DNA from: Cladosporium halotolerans
Taxonomy: Eukaryota
Length of the DNA stretch: 51,149 bases
Assembly (NCBI RefSeq): GCF_011745625.1
Contig: NW_027191486.1
Span: forward strand, 186,001 to 237,149
Direction: 5' to 3'
How positions within the stretch are numbered: the first letter of the stretch is position 1; every line of letters starts with the position of its first letter. The translations under genes were made by a program, and so were the position numbers. Positions 32,668-43,995 of this stretch are shown piece after piece. The notes below the pieces were generated by a model. It did no database searches and was not told where the DNA came from. It saw nothing but the letters and a program-made list of their open reading frames with translations.

Positions 32668-34153
32668 CAAGAGCTGCCTGGGGTGGTCCAATTGCCTTGC
32701 GCGCGTGGTAGACGAGACGAGGTCGAAGTCAGATCGAGGGTACAGGGCCAAGCGGGCGATGGATCGTCCGAAGCTTACCCGTGGGTGTCATTGGCTGCGA
32801 AGGATGCAGTTTATCTATTGCGATTGGATGCCCTGTGAAATAGATGTGCAGGCACTTGCACGTGTGTAGCCAAATCCAGATCCATCGATCAATTCATTAG
32901 ATGATGTCTACCTACACTTATTATTATAGAGGCCGGCAAGATGTCTGTCGGGCGAGCGTCTTCCAGCAGTAGAAAGGGAAGACCGCTTGAACGTACCTTA
33001 TTTGTACGACTACCTACACTCGCCGGCCATACCGAGACTCTAATGCTCAAATACTTGATTAGTACTCATCGTCCGGACACAGACACAGGCTCTAGATAGT
33101 AGTCCCATCAATGACAAACATGGCGAACGCGCACGCAGCGTAGGCCGACACGGCTACGGCTCTTGGCTGGGTCCCTTACGCTGGCTGGCGGGTCTGGGCG
33201 GGCGATAAAGCGGACGATGGCTTGCGTGCGTGCGTTTCGCATACTCGATGTGCCGCACAGCAGGCGCCCTGTCAGTCAGTACGTCCGAGGCAGACAAACA
33301 ACCAAGTCGGCGGTACTCTCCAAGCCGGTGTGATGCGCAAAGCATGTCCCAGCTGGCGGCACGCACAGCCTCTTTGTTCCAGGCGCGCACGGCGGGGCGA
33401 GGCGCGGGTGGTGGTGGCACGGTGGGTGGGTGGATGGCTGATGTTCTGGGCTGATGCAGCGCGCGCGCTAGCTCGCCGTGCTTTCCCCACACCCGTCATT
33501 CGACCAGGCCCAAAAGGCACGCCGCTGCTTCCTCCATCGTCACCACCCGGCCCAAACCCCAAACACCACCCGGCACCACACGCCCTCCACCACCCCTCCA
33601 GCTCCGCCCTCACTACAAGCGTACGTCGGCCTGTAACCACCGCGCATACGCTGCTCTCCGCCGCCCGCCTGCCGCCTGCGCCGGCAAACACCCGCGCCAA
33701 GCATCCGCGTGCTGACGAGCAAAGTGCGACAGGCCGCTGACTCCCACCTCGCTCCACCGCACCACCCAAACTCCGCCATCCCCATCCATATCTCCGCTCC
33801 GCCCTACCGAGGCTCAGTCTATCGCTATCCTCAGGCCATCCCTTCGCACTCCACCTTCATCACCACCTACATCCAACGCTCGCACTCGGCCTCCACGGAC
33901 GCCTCGACCCTCCATCCCCACCACGATCCACGCCGGCCGGCGCGAGCATAGCATCTTCCATGCGAGAGCAGTGACGACAGTCACCACTCAATCTCGACTC
34001 TTTACTCACCTTGCGCGAAACTTTCGCCTGGGTTGCACTCCGCAAAACCCTCTCGTACGATAAACTCGCAACCATAAGCGCATACAAGCTGTCCGCGCTT
34101 GCCTTACAGCAAGAACACCCAGTCACGTGTGCCGATCTCGCGACCTTGCGATA

Positions 34154-35842
34154 ATGGGCAACCAGCCATCCAAGGACGGCAAGAGTACATCAGGCTCACA
34201 GACACCGACCGGGCCTGGCCCCACGTTGGACTCGTACCCTTCATTCAGCAAAACCGACACCAAAGAATCCATGCGCTCCTTCAGGAATTCCTTACGCACC
34301 AAAATCCCCGGCGGCAAGTCTGCGGACAGCCCTCGAGGTTCGACTTCAGCGCTGAGCGGGGAGACCTCAGCGGACGACCGCGCAGATGCGCAAAGCGTGA
34401 AATCGGCGACCAGCGGACGGTCGAAGAGGAACTCTGCCCTGTCTCTTGACCCAGATTCTCGCAAAGAGAGCGTCGATGATGGCGACGAGCCGCAGCCTCC
34501 GCCGTCGCCCACAACGTCCGCATCAGTCCAGAAACCCCACAGCGACATCGCCGAAGCACAACGGAGTGGAGAGGTAGACGCAGTGTCTGACGCGCCTCCT
34601 GGCGGTAGTGGCATGCATCATACCCACGGCAGAGAGGCTGGCCCGTCAATCCTCAAGAAAGACGAGAAACCTAGCTCCAGCTCCAATGGACCCGGACAAG
34701 GTGCCGCCGCCGCCCTGTCTCTTGTTGACCAGCTCGGAGATGCTTCTGGAAACTCTGCGAACAACCCTGAAATCGGTGCGCTCAAGCAAGCTGACCTCGA
34801 CGACATGATCAAGCGACTGATCGACGCTGGCTACGCTGGCAAGGTCACCAAGACTGTCTGTCTCAAGAATGCCGAGATTACAGCCATTTGTAATGCTGCT
34901 CGCGAGATCTTTCTTTCACAGCCCGCTCTGCTCGAACTTTCTCCGCCCGTCAAAATCGTCGGAGATGTGCATGGCCAGTACACCGATCTGATTCGTATGT
35001 TTGAAATGTGCGGCTTCCCTCCCAACAGCAACTTTCTGTTCCTCGGTGACTACGTCGATCGCGGCAAGCAAAGTCTCGAGACTATTCTGTTGCTCCTTTG
35101 TTACAAGATACGCTACCCCGAGAACTTCTTCCTGCTCCGCGGCAACCACGAATGCGCCAACGTAACGCGTGTCTACGGTTTCTACGACGAGTGCAAGAGA
35201 CGGTGCAATGTCAAGATTTGGAAGACATTTGTGGACACGTTTAACACACTTCCCATTGCAGCGATTGTGGCCGGCAAAATTTTCTGCGTTCACGGCGGTC
35301 TCAGCCCGTCTTTGAGCCACATGGACGACATTCGCAATATCGCTCGCCCGACAGATGTTCCCGATTACGGCCTCCTCAACGATCTTCTGTGGTCTGATCC
35401 GGCAGATATGGATGCCGACTGGGAAGCCAACGAACGGGGTGTCAGCTATTGTTTCGGCAAGAAGGTGATCATGGAGTTCTTGCAGAAGCATGATTTCGAT
35501 CTCGTCTGCCGAGCCCACATGGTTGTCGAAGACGGCTACGAGTTTTTCAACGAGCGAATCTTGGTCACTGTCTTCAGCGCACCCAACTATTGCGGCGAAT
35601 TCGACAATTGGGGCGCAGTGATGAGTGTGAGCGCCGAGCTTCTCTGTTCTTTCGAGCTCCTGAAGCCTCTGGATAGCAGCGCGCTCAAGAGCCACATTAA
35701 GAAGGGCAGGAACAAGCGACAGAGCATGTTGAACAGTCCGGTGAGTCTTATAGCGTTCTCTAAGAATTATTCGTCTCTGCCTTGGACAACCGTACTAACG
35801 AGTTGCCAACAGCCGGCCAGCCAGTTCCCTCAGAGTTATTAG
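34154..35842 (+). CDS. PPZ1: Ser/Thr protein phosphatase Z (PPP family)
   Basis: Myristoylation start MGNQPSK and Ser-rich N-terminal extension. PPP motifs GDVHGQ, GDYVDRG, RGNHE and [11 protein letters not shown]. In-frame intron 35741-35812. Confidence 0.93.
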   Translation: MGNQPSKDGKSTSGSQTPTGPGPTLDSYPSFSKTDTKESMRSFRNSLRTKIPGGKSADSPRGSTSALSGETSADDRADAQSVKSATSGRSKRNSALSLDPDSRKESVDDGDEPQPPPSPTTSASVQKPHSDIAEAQRSGEVDAVSDAPPGGSGMHHTHGREAGPSILKKDEKPSSSSNGPGQGAAAALSLVDQLGDASGNSANNPEIGALKQADLDDMIKRLIDAGYAGKVTKTVCLKNAEITAICNAAREIFLSQPALLELSPPVKIVGDVHGQYTDLIRMFEMCGFPPNSNFLFLGDYVDRGKQSLETILLLLCYKIRYPENFFLLRGNHECANVTRVYGFYDECKRRCNVKIWKTFVDTFNTLPIAAIVAGKIFCVHGGLSPSLSHMDDIRNIARPTDVPDYGLLNDLLWSDPADMDADWEANERGVSYCFGKKVIMEFLQKHDFDLVCRAHMVVEDGYEFFNERILVTVFSAPNYCGEFDNWGAVMSVSAELLCSFELLKPLDSSALKSHIKKGRNKRQSMLNSPVSLIAFSKNYSSLPWTTVLTSCQQPASQFPQSY

Positions 35843-36710
35843 AAGTCTCCCAAATGGTTCTGATCGACGACGAGCTCGCCGTAAGTTAGCCAGCGGGGTC
35901 GGACTCTCTGAGTACCAGCAGAAGGATCTCCGGCACCAAGAATCATCATCGACGATTGTACCCTCACTGGCACACGGTTGCCTGTTTGCGTGAGTTTCCG
36001 ATCGCACGTTCGGTACCAGCGCTTCGCGGCGCGATCAGGAGCTCTCGCGCGTGGTGGATGGTAGGACATGCCTAGTCAAAGAAGGCCCTGGCACAAAGCT
36101 CTGGAAGTGTTATCACCTTCGCGTCGGTATATCACAACATGGCAACGACACTGTAGTCGAGCAGGCACGCGCCTTTGCCATGCTCGCACCTGGGGACATC
36201 GAACTCTGGCCTCAGATTGATTTCACTAAGCCGTGGGCGAGCTTGACGACAAGCGAATGCGTACTTTGTTCGCAGCAACGACGACGATATGGACGAAGCG
36301 ACGAAGTTGTCTTTTTTGCGATCTTCTTTCTTGCTTCTATTACTCAAGACTGATCGTGTTTCTTTAATACTCTCCTCCGGGACAAACATGCATCGAGACG
36401 AGGCGCGACCGGAAGAGAAGATGGAGACCCTCGAGGGGTCTTTTAGATGTACTTGTGTTCTCACTAGAGATTGAACTTCCTTCAGCATCTCGAGGTATCG
36501 GGTTCGGGGGGTTTTATCGGCGTTGGCGGTTGAAGTGAGACGATTCGTCTCGAGGAGTGACAGAGGCTCCCTCACAGGAAGCCCATCGGCCACAAGACCT
36601 CTCTTCACTTGCGCTCGGCTCCCAAAGAAGATAGACAAGACTCCCACGCGAGTCTCAATTCAAAGCGGCTTACACCAAAGACCATCTCTCCCCCACCCTC
36701 CCCAACCCCC

Positions 36711-37518
36711 CTAAACCTTCGCCCTAACCGGCAAATCCGTCCTCCGCCCATAAACATAACTAATCTCCCTGAACGCCCTCCCCGCCTCCCCAACCAACTC
36801 CCCCCTCAGCAACGCATACACCCCCATCCTCGCTTTCGGCGCCCACTCCCCCGCAACCCTCATCGCCACCGCCTCCATCTCCCCCGCGGCAGCCGCAAAA
36901 TCCACCACGCCGTCCTCCACCGCCTCGCCCGCCGTCCACCGGTGCGCCTCGAGCAGCATCTTCCGCGCCGTCTTCGGCGGCAGTTTCAGCCGCAGCAGCG
37001 CGCCGATGCCCGGGAAGTGCAGCCCGAGGTCCACGGGCGGCATGCTGAGGTAGCCGCGTTGCGCGTTCATGACGCGGTAGTCGTGCGCGAGCGCGAGTGG
37101 GCAGGCCCCGCCGAAGGTGTGGCCCGTCAGCAGCGCGATGGTCGGGAAGGGGAAGTCGAGCAGCGCCGCGAGCAGGGGGAAGAAGCCGGCGGTGTTGGCG
37201 TGTGGGTTTGTGGCGGGCTCGGAGAGGTCGAGGCCCTTGGAGGTTGTTTGGTCAGATTGGGAGGGGAGGGGAGGAAAGGGGTTCTTTGGATGAGGGACGT
37301 ACGGTGCACCAGAATTTGGCGTCGTTGCCTTTGGTTATGACGGCGCCGGGGCTGTCGGGGCCGAGGGTCGTGCGGACGAGGTTGAGGGCGCGGATGAGCT
37401 TTTGGGCGTACGCGGAGTCGATGCGGTTTTCGGGCGCTTTGCGCATGGTTATTACGAAGATGTTATTGGCGTGCCGGTCGAGGGCGAGGTCGGGCTCGTC
37501 GATGTAGGAGGTGGGCAT
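36711..37518 (-). CDS. Enoyl-CoA hydratase/isomerase (crotonase) family, probable peroxisomal delta3,delta2-enoyl-CoA isomerase, 246 aa
   Basis: Exons 37518-37303 and 37235-36711. KFWCTGLDL, PTIALLTGHTFGGAC-LALAHDYRVMN; C-terminal AKV (PTS1-like). Confidence 0.85.
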
Positions 37519-37726
37519 TTTTTGCTTTTGTTGTCGGGTGGGTTGGGTTGGATGATGGGGTGGAGATGGTTTGGATTGGGTTTGTTTAAACGGGTGATTT
37601 GGTTGTTTTTTGCAAGACCTTGCTTTCTCTTTCTTTCTCAAATTGGCCTCGACTGCAATCAATCTAGCTGGTGTAACAATAATAACAGGCGTCGTTCAGA
37701 CATGAAGTGCTCAGGTGTCTTGGTTG

Positions 37727-37732
37727 CCGAGG
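37727..37732 (-). promoter_or_regulatory. Putative FarA/FarB (CCTCGG) fatty-acid-response site
   Basis: CCGAGG (CCTCGG on the minus strand) about 210 nt upstream of the crotonase ATG; a single hexamer, so weak evidence on its own. Confidence 0.4.
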
Positions 37733-40700
37733 TTGGAAGGAGGGGAGATCACTGCGATCGACAGGGTTCGGGAACTGACTGCATTTGGAGCTCTTCAACC
37801 TCAGCTTGTTTTGTTCGTTTGTGCTTCATTCACGTATCGAGTTTACTTCCACATGCCCTAGTCTCGACTCAACGAGCTGCCTCGTTGGAATTGACGGGTC
37901 GGTATGAGATGGTGAACAACCGGCAGCCGGATCAAATCCAACGCCTGCGAACCAACACCGTAGAACCAACCTGATCAAAGAAGGACATCGGCTTAGCTTC
38001 CCTACAATATACTTACACAATGGCATCGATGTCCCTGACGCTTGTGATTCCAGTGATCACTGCGCTGAGCTCATACGACGTATCCCAACATGTAGCTTGT
38101 ATTGATGTGGCGCCGCTTTCTTTACCGCGGGTCCAGCGCACCACGGCTTTGAAAGATGAAGGTCGCTGACACAACTAAGAAGCCATGCAGATTGAATCGC
38201 TTGAGTATTAGACGATCGGTCGCACTTTCGCGTTTTCACTTAGGTCATGACAATTACTGCAGAACATAATTACCGTGTCTTTCGGCATTTTTGTCTCAGA
38301 AGCACTCCTTCCTGGTCAGACCCAGCGACCTGACAGCTCGTTGCGGCTCTTGATGATGATCGGACAGTTTGATGGATCTGCGATGGGCTTGGGGTGCTCG
38401 GTCTGTTTTCCTGTCTTCGGATGAAAATCGCACATCTACCCGATCAGGCACCTCATAAAGTGTCCGCTCAGAAACATCCCGTCCTTGGATTGTTCCCGCG
38501 CCATTCTACTCACCGACATTTGAAGATTCGACCAAGCAAGCACTAGATAATCCAGCACGCATACCGTAACTCGTAACGGCCGCAAAAACCGCGACTGATG
38601 CCCCATAAGTAACAACCTCGCTTACCGCTCGTACATCGTTTGACAAATGTCCTTTGCGATCCGGACTCGTTCGGATTTCGCGCGAAGTATACGCCAGGTC
38701 CGCGGCATATAAGCGCCATTATTGCTCCGATGTGCAAGAGGGTCGCGCTTGCCGAGATCCACTCTCACATGGTTTTTCGCGCTCGCCGTTGGGAGAATAC
38801 TCCGAGCGGCTGGCGAGACGGCACGGCTGCATACAAGACGCCGGGCCCCTTTTGGCAGGACTGGAGGGGATGCTGGACACTCTTTGGCGAGGATTGTTTG
38901 TAGAAATTGACGGGTGAGAAGGGGAATTATTTGGGGTCCACGGTGAGGACTGCGAAGGGAGAGAGGTGTGAATGCTTCGAAGTGTGTGCGCTCTGATATA
39001 GCGTAATAGGTCCATAATGGAGCCTAGAATTCGGCCGACTTCACGCGGCGTGTGAAGGGATGCAAGTCCAGCAGCAAAAAAGGAGGCCAAGGGAGTACGC
39101 CTGGCGCGATGCGACCTCGCTTGGGGGTTCTCCTGAACTTACGGCTGTTCACATGCGAATGGGAGGGCAAATAAGGGAGAAGTCTCTTCCATCATATCCG
39201 ATGAGCAAGTCTCAAAAAGGAAAACGCTTGGATGGCGCGAGGGACGGCGTGGATCGTCGCTCTGGAGAACTTTGTGACCGTTGCGGTGCCCTCGTAGAAA
39301 GCTCCGATGACTAGCGACAAAGTCTCAATGCAGGGTGGTCTCAGGTGTGAAGAAATATCTCGGCGCTCAAGCCGCGGTGGCTTTTACCAGACTCGGTGCA
39401 TGAGTGGAGTGCTGCAGCGTCGTTGAAGGGATTCATCAAATTGGTTGCACTTCCGCACATGCGACCAAGGACCAGGTGCGCTTGGACAGCAAGGCGTTCC
39501 GCTGGCGATGTTGTTGTGGAGCTAGCGTTTAAGATCCGTTTCGATGGCTCGATGTACTACTTGCGCAACAGTTTGGCAAATCATGGCGCAAGAGAGGCGC
39601 GTGAGGCTGGAGATCCCACCGCCATGGTTCCAGCTGAACATCAGAGTCCATGAGGTCTTCACGCCTCGCCGCTCACGTGGGTGGCGGCGTATGGAAGAGT
39701 ACCACCGGTACAGGGCCGCACGGGTCGTTGGTGTCTTCAGCCTGCCCCGAAACCATGATCGTGGTTCTCGCAGCAGAAACGGCATGAATTTACAGCTTCA
39801 GAAACCCCTCCCGGATCCCCAAAGCATTCCCCGTAGCATGGCGGCACGACGGGTCGTGCATGTGTTCCGAATCGCGTGCATAGCGTGAGAGCGTGCGGGC
39901 CACGAGCCGCAGCTGCCGAGTCCAAACATCCAGCCCTCAGCCAAAAGGACACAAGCTTTCACGGCTGCCGGCCGATCATCCCTGTGGCGCCATGCAAGGT
40001 ACCTGACTCCTGCCTGCAGCGCACTTCAACCTTTGCCATCCAGTTCTTGCTTGGCCAAATTACTGACTTCACATTTTCATGTGTTTATACCCGAGAAGCC
40101 AAAGGTGGCAAGCCTTCGGCGATCATAGCGAGCGAGCTAAGAAGCTACCGCATCGACGTTCACGCGAGCGCGTCCTGGACATTGCTCGCGATGAATGCGG
40201 CATGATGCTGGCCGGCGAAGATTCAACGACTGACTCGCTGTGACCCAACAAAGACCCTACTCTGTTGCAACTTGCAAGACATAGTGCCCGTAGTGCTGCT
40301 CTAGGCTTGACCCACCTGTGACTCGGCCTTGCGAGATACTGCCTGCACTAGAGCGATATGCCGGCCAGTATGAACCTCTGATGCTGTGGCTATAGCAAAC
40401 TAGGCACGGACGACGGAATCTTCTTGAACCGAAATTCTATTACCGAGGCCTCATGCCCTCTTGTCGTCAATCGACCATGCCATTTGCCGCGACGGTTCAG
40501 CGCACAAGCCCTTCCCCCGGCTATGTCCCGGATTACCACGCCTTCGATCCCACATGGCGTAGTCGAAACCACTACTGCTTCAACCCGCGCCTCCGCATCC
40601 GCAAATATCACGGAGTGGGTATGGTCGTGCACAAACAGCGATCATGCGTCGTCTCGCCAGTCTATCTCGTTTAGGAGGCCGTGGCGTCCTCAGCGGCAGC

Positions 40701-41011
40701 CCGGTTGGTGTAAAAGATACACGCTTCTGCCACATTAGGTTGGACGAATCTTTTAGCTTCTAATGCTGCATCTTGATGCCACTCCTTTGACTACACCGTT
40801 GCTATCGCTCGGCGCTTTGCTCGCCTGCCACCTTCCTTTCAGCCTTGCCATATCTGTACATTCCAACCGATTCCCCACCGTGGTATTCATTTGCCTCCCT
40901 CTCTTTTCATTCTTGGTCTGATTAGATCACAAACTACGGTATTACTGACTCGACTTCGTCTTTACTTTCCTTCACTTGCTCTCACTCCTACTACTACGTA
41001 CTAATCGAGCC

Positions 41012-43154
41012 ATGGCGTTGATTTCCCTGCTTGCGCTCGTCGCTGTCGTAGGGATAGTCGCCATTGCCAAATATATTGAAAATGCGAAGAGGAAGAAGCT
41101 ACCCGCTGGCATTCGACCGTTGCCAGGGCCTAAGGGTAGGTCAATCACGAATACGGAATTAGCGACGTTAGATGCTAACGTAGGCTGTTAGGACTGCCCT
41201 TCATCGGCAATGTCCATGAACTACCCGAGAAGAACAGTTGGATGAAGTTTCACGAATGGGGTGAAAAGTACGGACCAATCTATCAGGTCAACCTTGCCGG
41301 CACGAATCACATCTGGATCTCACGAGACCACATCGCCCACGAACTTCTCTCAAAGCGAAGCGCGAACTACTCTGACCGTCCGTTCATTCCTGCATTGGAG
41401 CACGACAACCGCGACAGCGGCCAGTACCTTCCACTCATGAGCAAGAACGAGAAATGGACCAGGCAACGGAAATTCGCGAAGCAAATCATGGATACTTCGG
41501 CAAAGGAGGACTTCTACGGCTATCCCGAACTGGAATCGATTCGTCTACTCTTCGAAGTCATGACAGAGCCGTCACGATACAACCATGCTTTGGAATCATT
41601 CGTCGCCCGTGTCACTTGCCGTCTTGGATGGGGTACTCCCACAGCTGCGGAAGAGCTCAAGCAGAGAGCCCGTGAGCTTCTCATTGGCGTTTCACCGACT
41701 GGCTCTTTCGCCAACAAGCTTCCCTTCATCATGTCACTGCCCGAGAACTGGTCCAAGACCAAGTCATGGGAACTTCGTCGCGGAAGAACCGAACGCAAGT
41801 TCTTCGAGACTATGCAGGATGAGGTCCGCCAACAGATTAAGCTATCCGAGAAGAACCCTGATGCTCCTGCCCCAATCCTCCCCAGCCTCCAGCCCAAGAG
41901 CTCGTGGATGCGGACATTCCTGGAAAACAAGGCGGCATGGAAGTTTGACTCTGACCTCGAGGGTGCTTACGCAGTCGGCATGCATGGCATCGCTGGTGCT
42001 CTCACCGTGGCCGCACCAATGCAGAGCTTCTGTCTAGCGCTCTGCCACTACCCTCAATACCAGCCTATCCTGCACGAAGAAATCGACAGAGTCTGTGGTG
42101 ACCGCATGATCAGATTCAGCGACATGCCGGAAATGCCTGTCCTGCGCGCGTTTATCCGCGAGACGCTGAGATGGCGCCCGCCTGTGCCAACTGGTCAGTT
42201 CTTCCAGACATCAAAAATTGACATTCACTGACTTCTGAATCAGGCATCCCTCATGCTTCTGTGAAAGACGACGTATACGAAGGCTACCACATCCCCGCGG
42301 GATCCGTGATGCACCCGCTGGAATGGTCCATTTCCCGTGACCCTGAGGTGTTCTACGAACCCGACGCCTGGAACCCAATGCGCTGGCTCGACTCGAAATA
42401 CCCAACCTACCAGGAACCTCTTTCCAAATTTCCGACAATCACCTCCTACAGCCAATTCGGATACGGACGCCGAACGTGCCAAGGCATGGGCGTAACCGAG
42501 GCGGATCTGTTGGTCGGCATCGGAAGCATGGCCTGGATGTTCTCCATGCACGCCAACACCGAGGATGCTGAAGAGGAGGCGGAGATCGACGAGTCTCAGA
42601 CGAAGCATGTCGCGGAGCAGAAGTGCCTGCAGGCGCAAAGTGTTGGCATGCGGCCGATCACTCCGCCTAGCGAAGAGCTCATTGCGCACAAACTGTCCAA
42701 CAAGCCCGACATGCACCACAAGAACGATTCTGGTATCAGATTGTCGAATCAGTACTCTGAGAAGATGGAGCCAGAGCTGCAAGGCAAGCCCTCAAAGCTT
42801 GCCGGCAGACCGTCTCTCCCGAGCACGAACAGTATGTTCGCGCGTCCTCCTTCGCCCGACGAATCCATCTCTGAAAAGGACGTGCTCCTTCCGAAGAAGA
42901 GTCACAATCCATCTGCGAAAGCAGATAGCAACGCCACGCCTAGCGACCCCACGATGGACTTCTCCACGCTGCTTATCGCTAAGCCGATGCCGTTCAAGTT
43001 CAACCTCAAGATTCGCGACCAGGAGAAGGCAGACCGTGTCGCACGTCGCTGGATGGAGCTGAAGATGGATGGTGAGTTTGAGGATTCGCGCGTCTACTGG
43101 AAGGGCGGAAATCATGGTGATGAGCAACACGGTTGGGGAGAGGTGTTCTTGTAG
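41012..43154 (+). CDS. Atypical cytochrome P450 (CYP64/OrdA-like clan) with a long C-terminal insertion, 678 aa
   Basis: Exons 41012-41135, 41192-42193, 42244-43154. N-terminal TM, LPGPKGLPFIGN, ETLRWRP, WNPMRW and heme motif FGYGRRTCQG. Confidence 0.9.
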
Positions 43155-43995
43155 GGCTGGCCTCCTATGGACTTTCCTTTCGACGTCTCTCATTCGCCTT
43201 TTCGATTATGACTTTTGAGATGAGAGAAAGGTTTAATGGTACCAGCCTACGGTCTGGTGGTAGATACGCTGGGTTTGGGTGCAGGCGTTTAGATGTACTT
43301 GCTTTTTCTTCAGGTCGTTTTGGGAGTGGATAGGATACGCGACTCACCCAGGTCTGAAGCCACATGTCAATTATCACGATGGCTTCATAAAACAGCCAAT
43401 GTCATGCGCTTGCACAGAAACAACGATAACGTCAGCTCCTCGTTCCCACACAAGCTATCGCAACGTCGTCATACCTGAGAGATCATCTTATCTCTAGCCC
43501 TAACAGGAAAATCAAGCACTGGAGGCTCAACGGATCGTCGGCAAGCGGGTGGATCTGGCGCGCGCCGCAAGCGCCACCAGCGACTCACCTTCGCCTCCCA
43601 AACCCTTGCCTTGCCGCCGCCCCATCATACGGCGGCGAATTTTTTTTTGATTTTTGGTGCGCTTGCGCATCGCGCCGACTGGACTGCTCTCCGATTGTAC
43701 CGAGGCTTGCGAGCGCTGTTATCATTTTGCAGCCCTGTGGGGCGTTTGCATACCGCGCCGTGCGCTCTTCAACGCTTTCGCCGTTTGCCTGTGGCGGCTG
43801 CTGGCTGGACCGCGCTCAGATCTTTGAACATGCGGTTTCCGTTTGAGGTCGGGATGGCGATGGCGGACGGGGCGCGTTTCGGACTGGCTCGCTGGACTAC
43901 CGGTGGCGGGTCTCTGTTGTGATGTTGTGAGGTAGGCTGTCTCTTTCACTACTCTCTAACCTCTCTTTGCCCATATTGTGTTTCCTTTGTACGCC

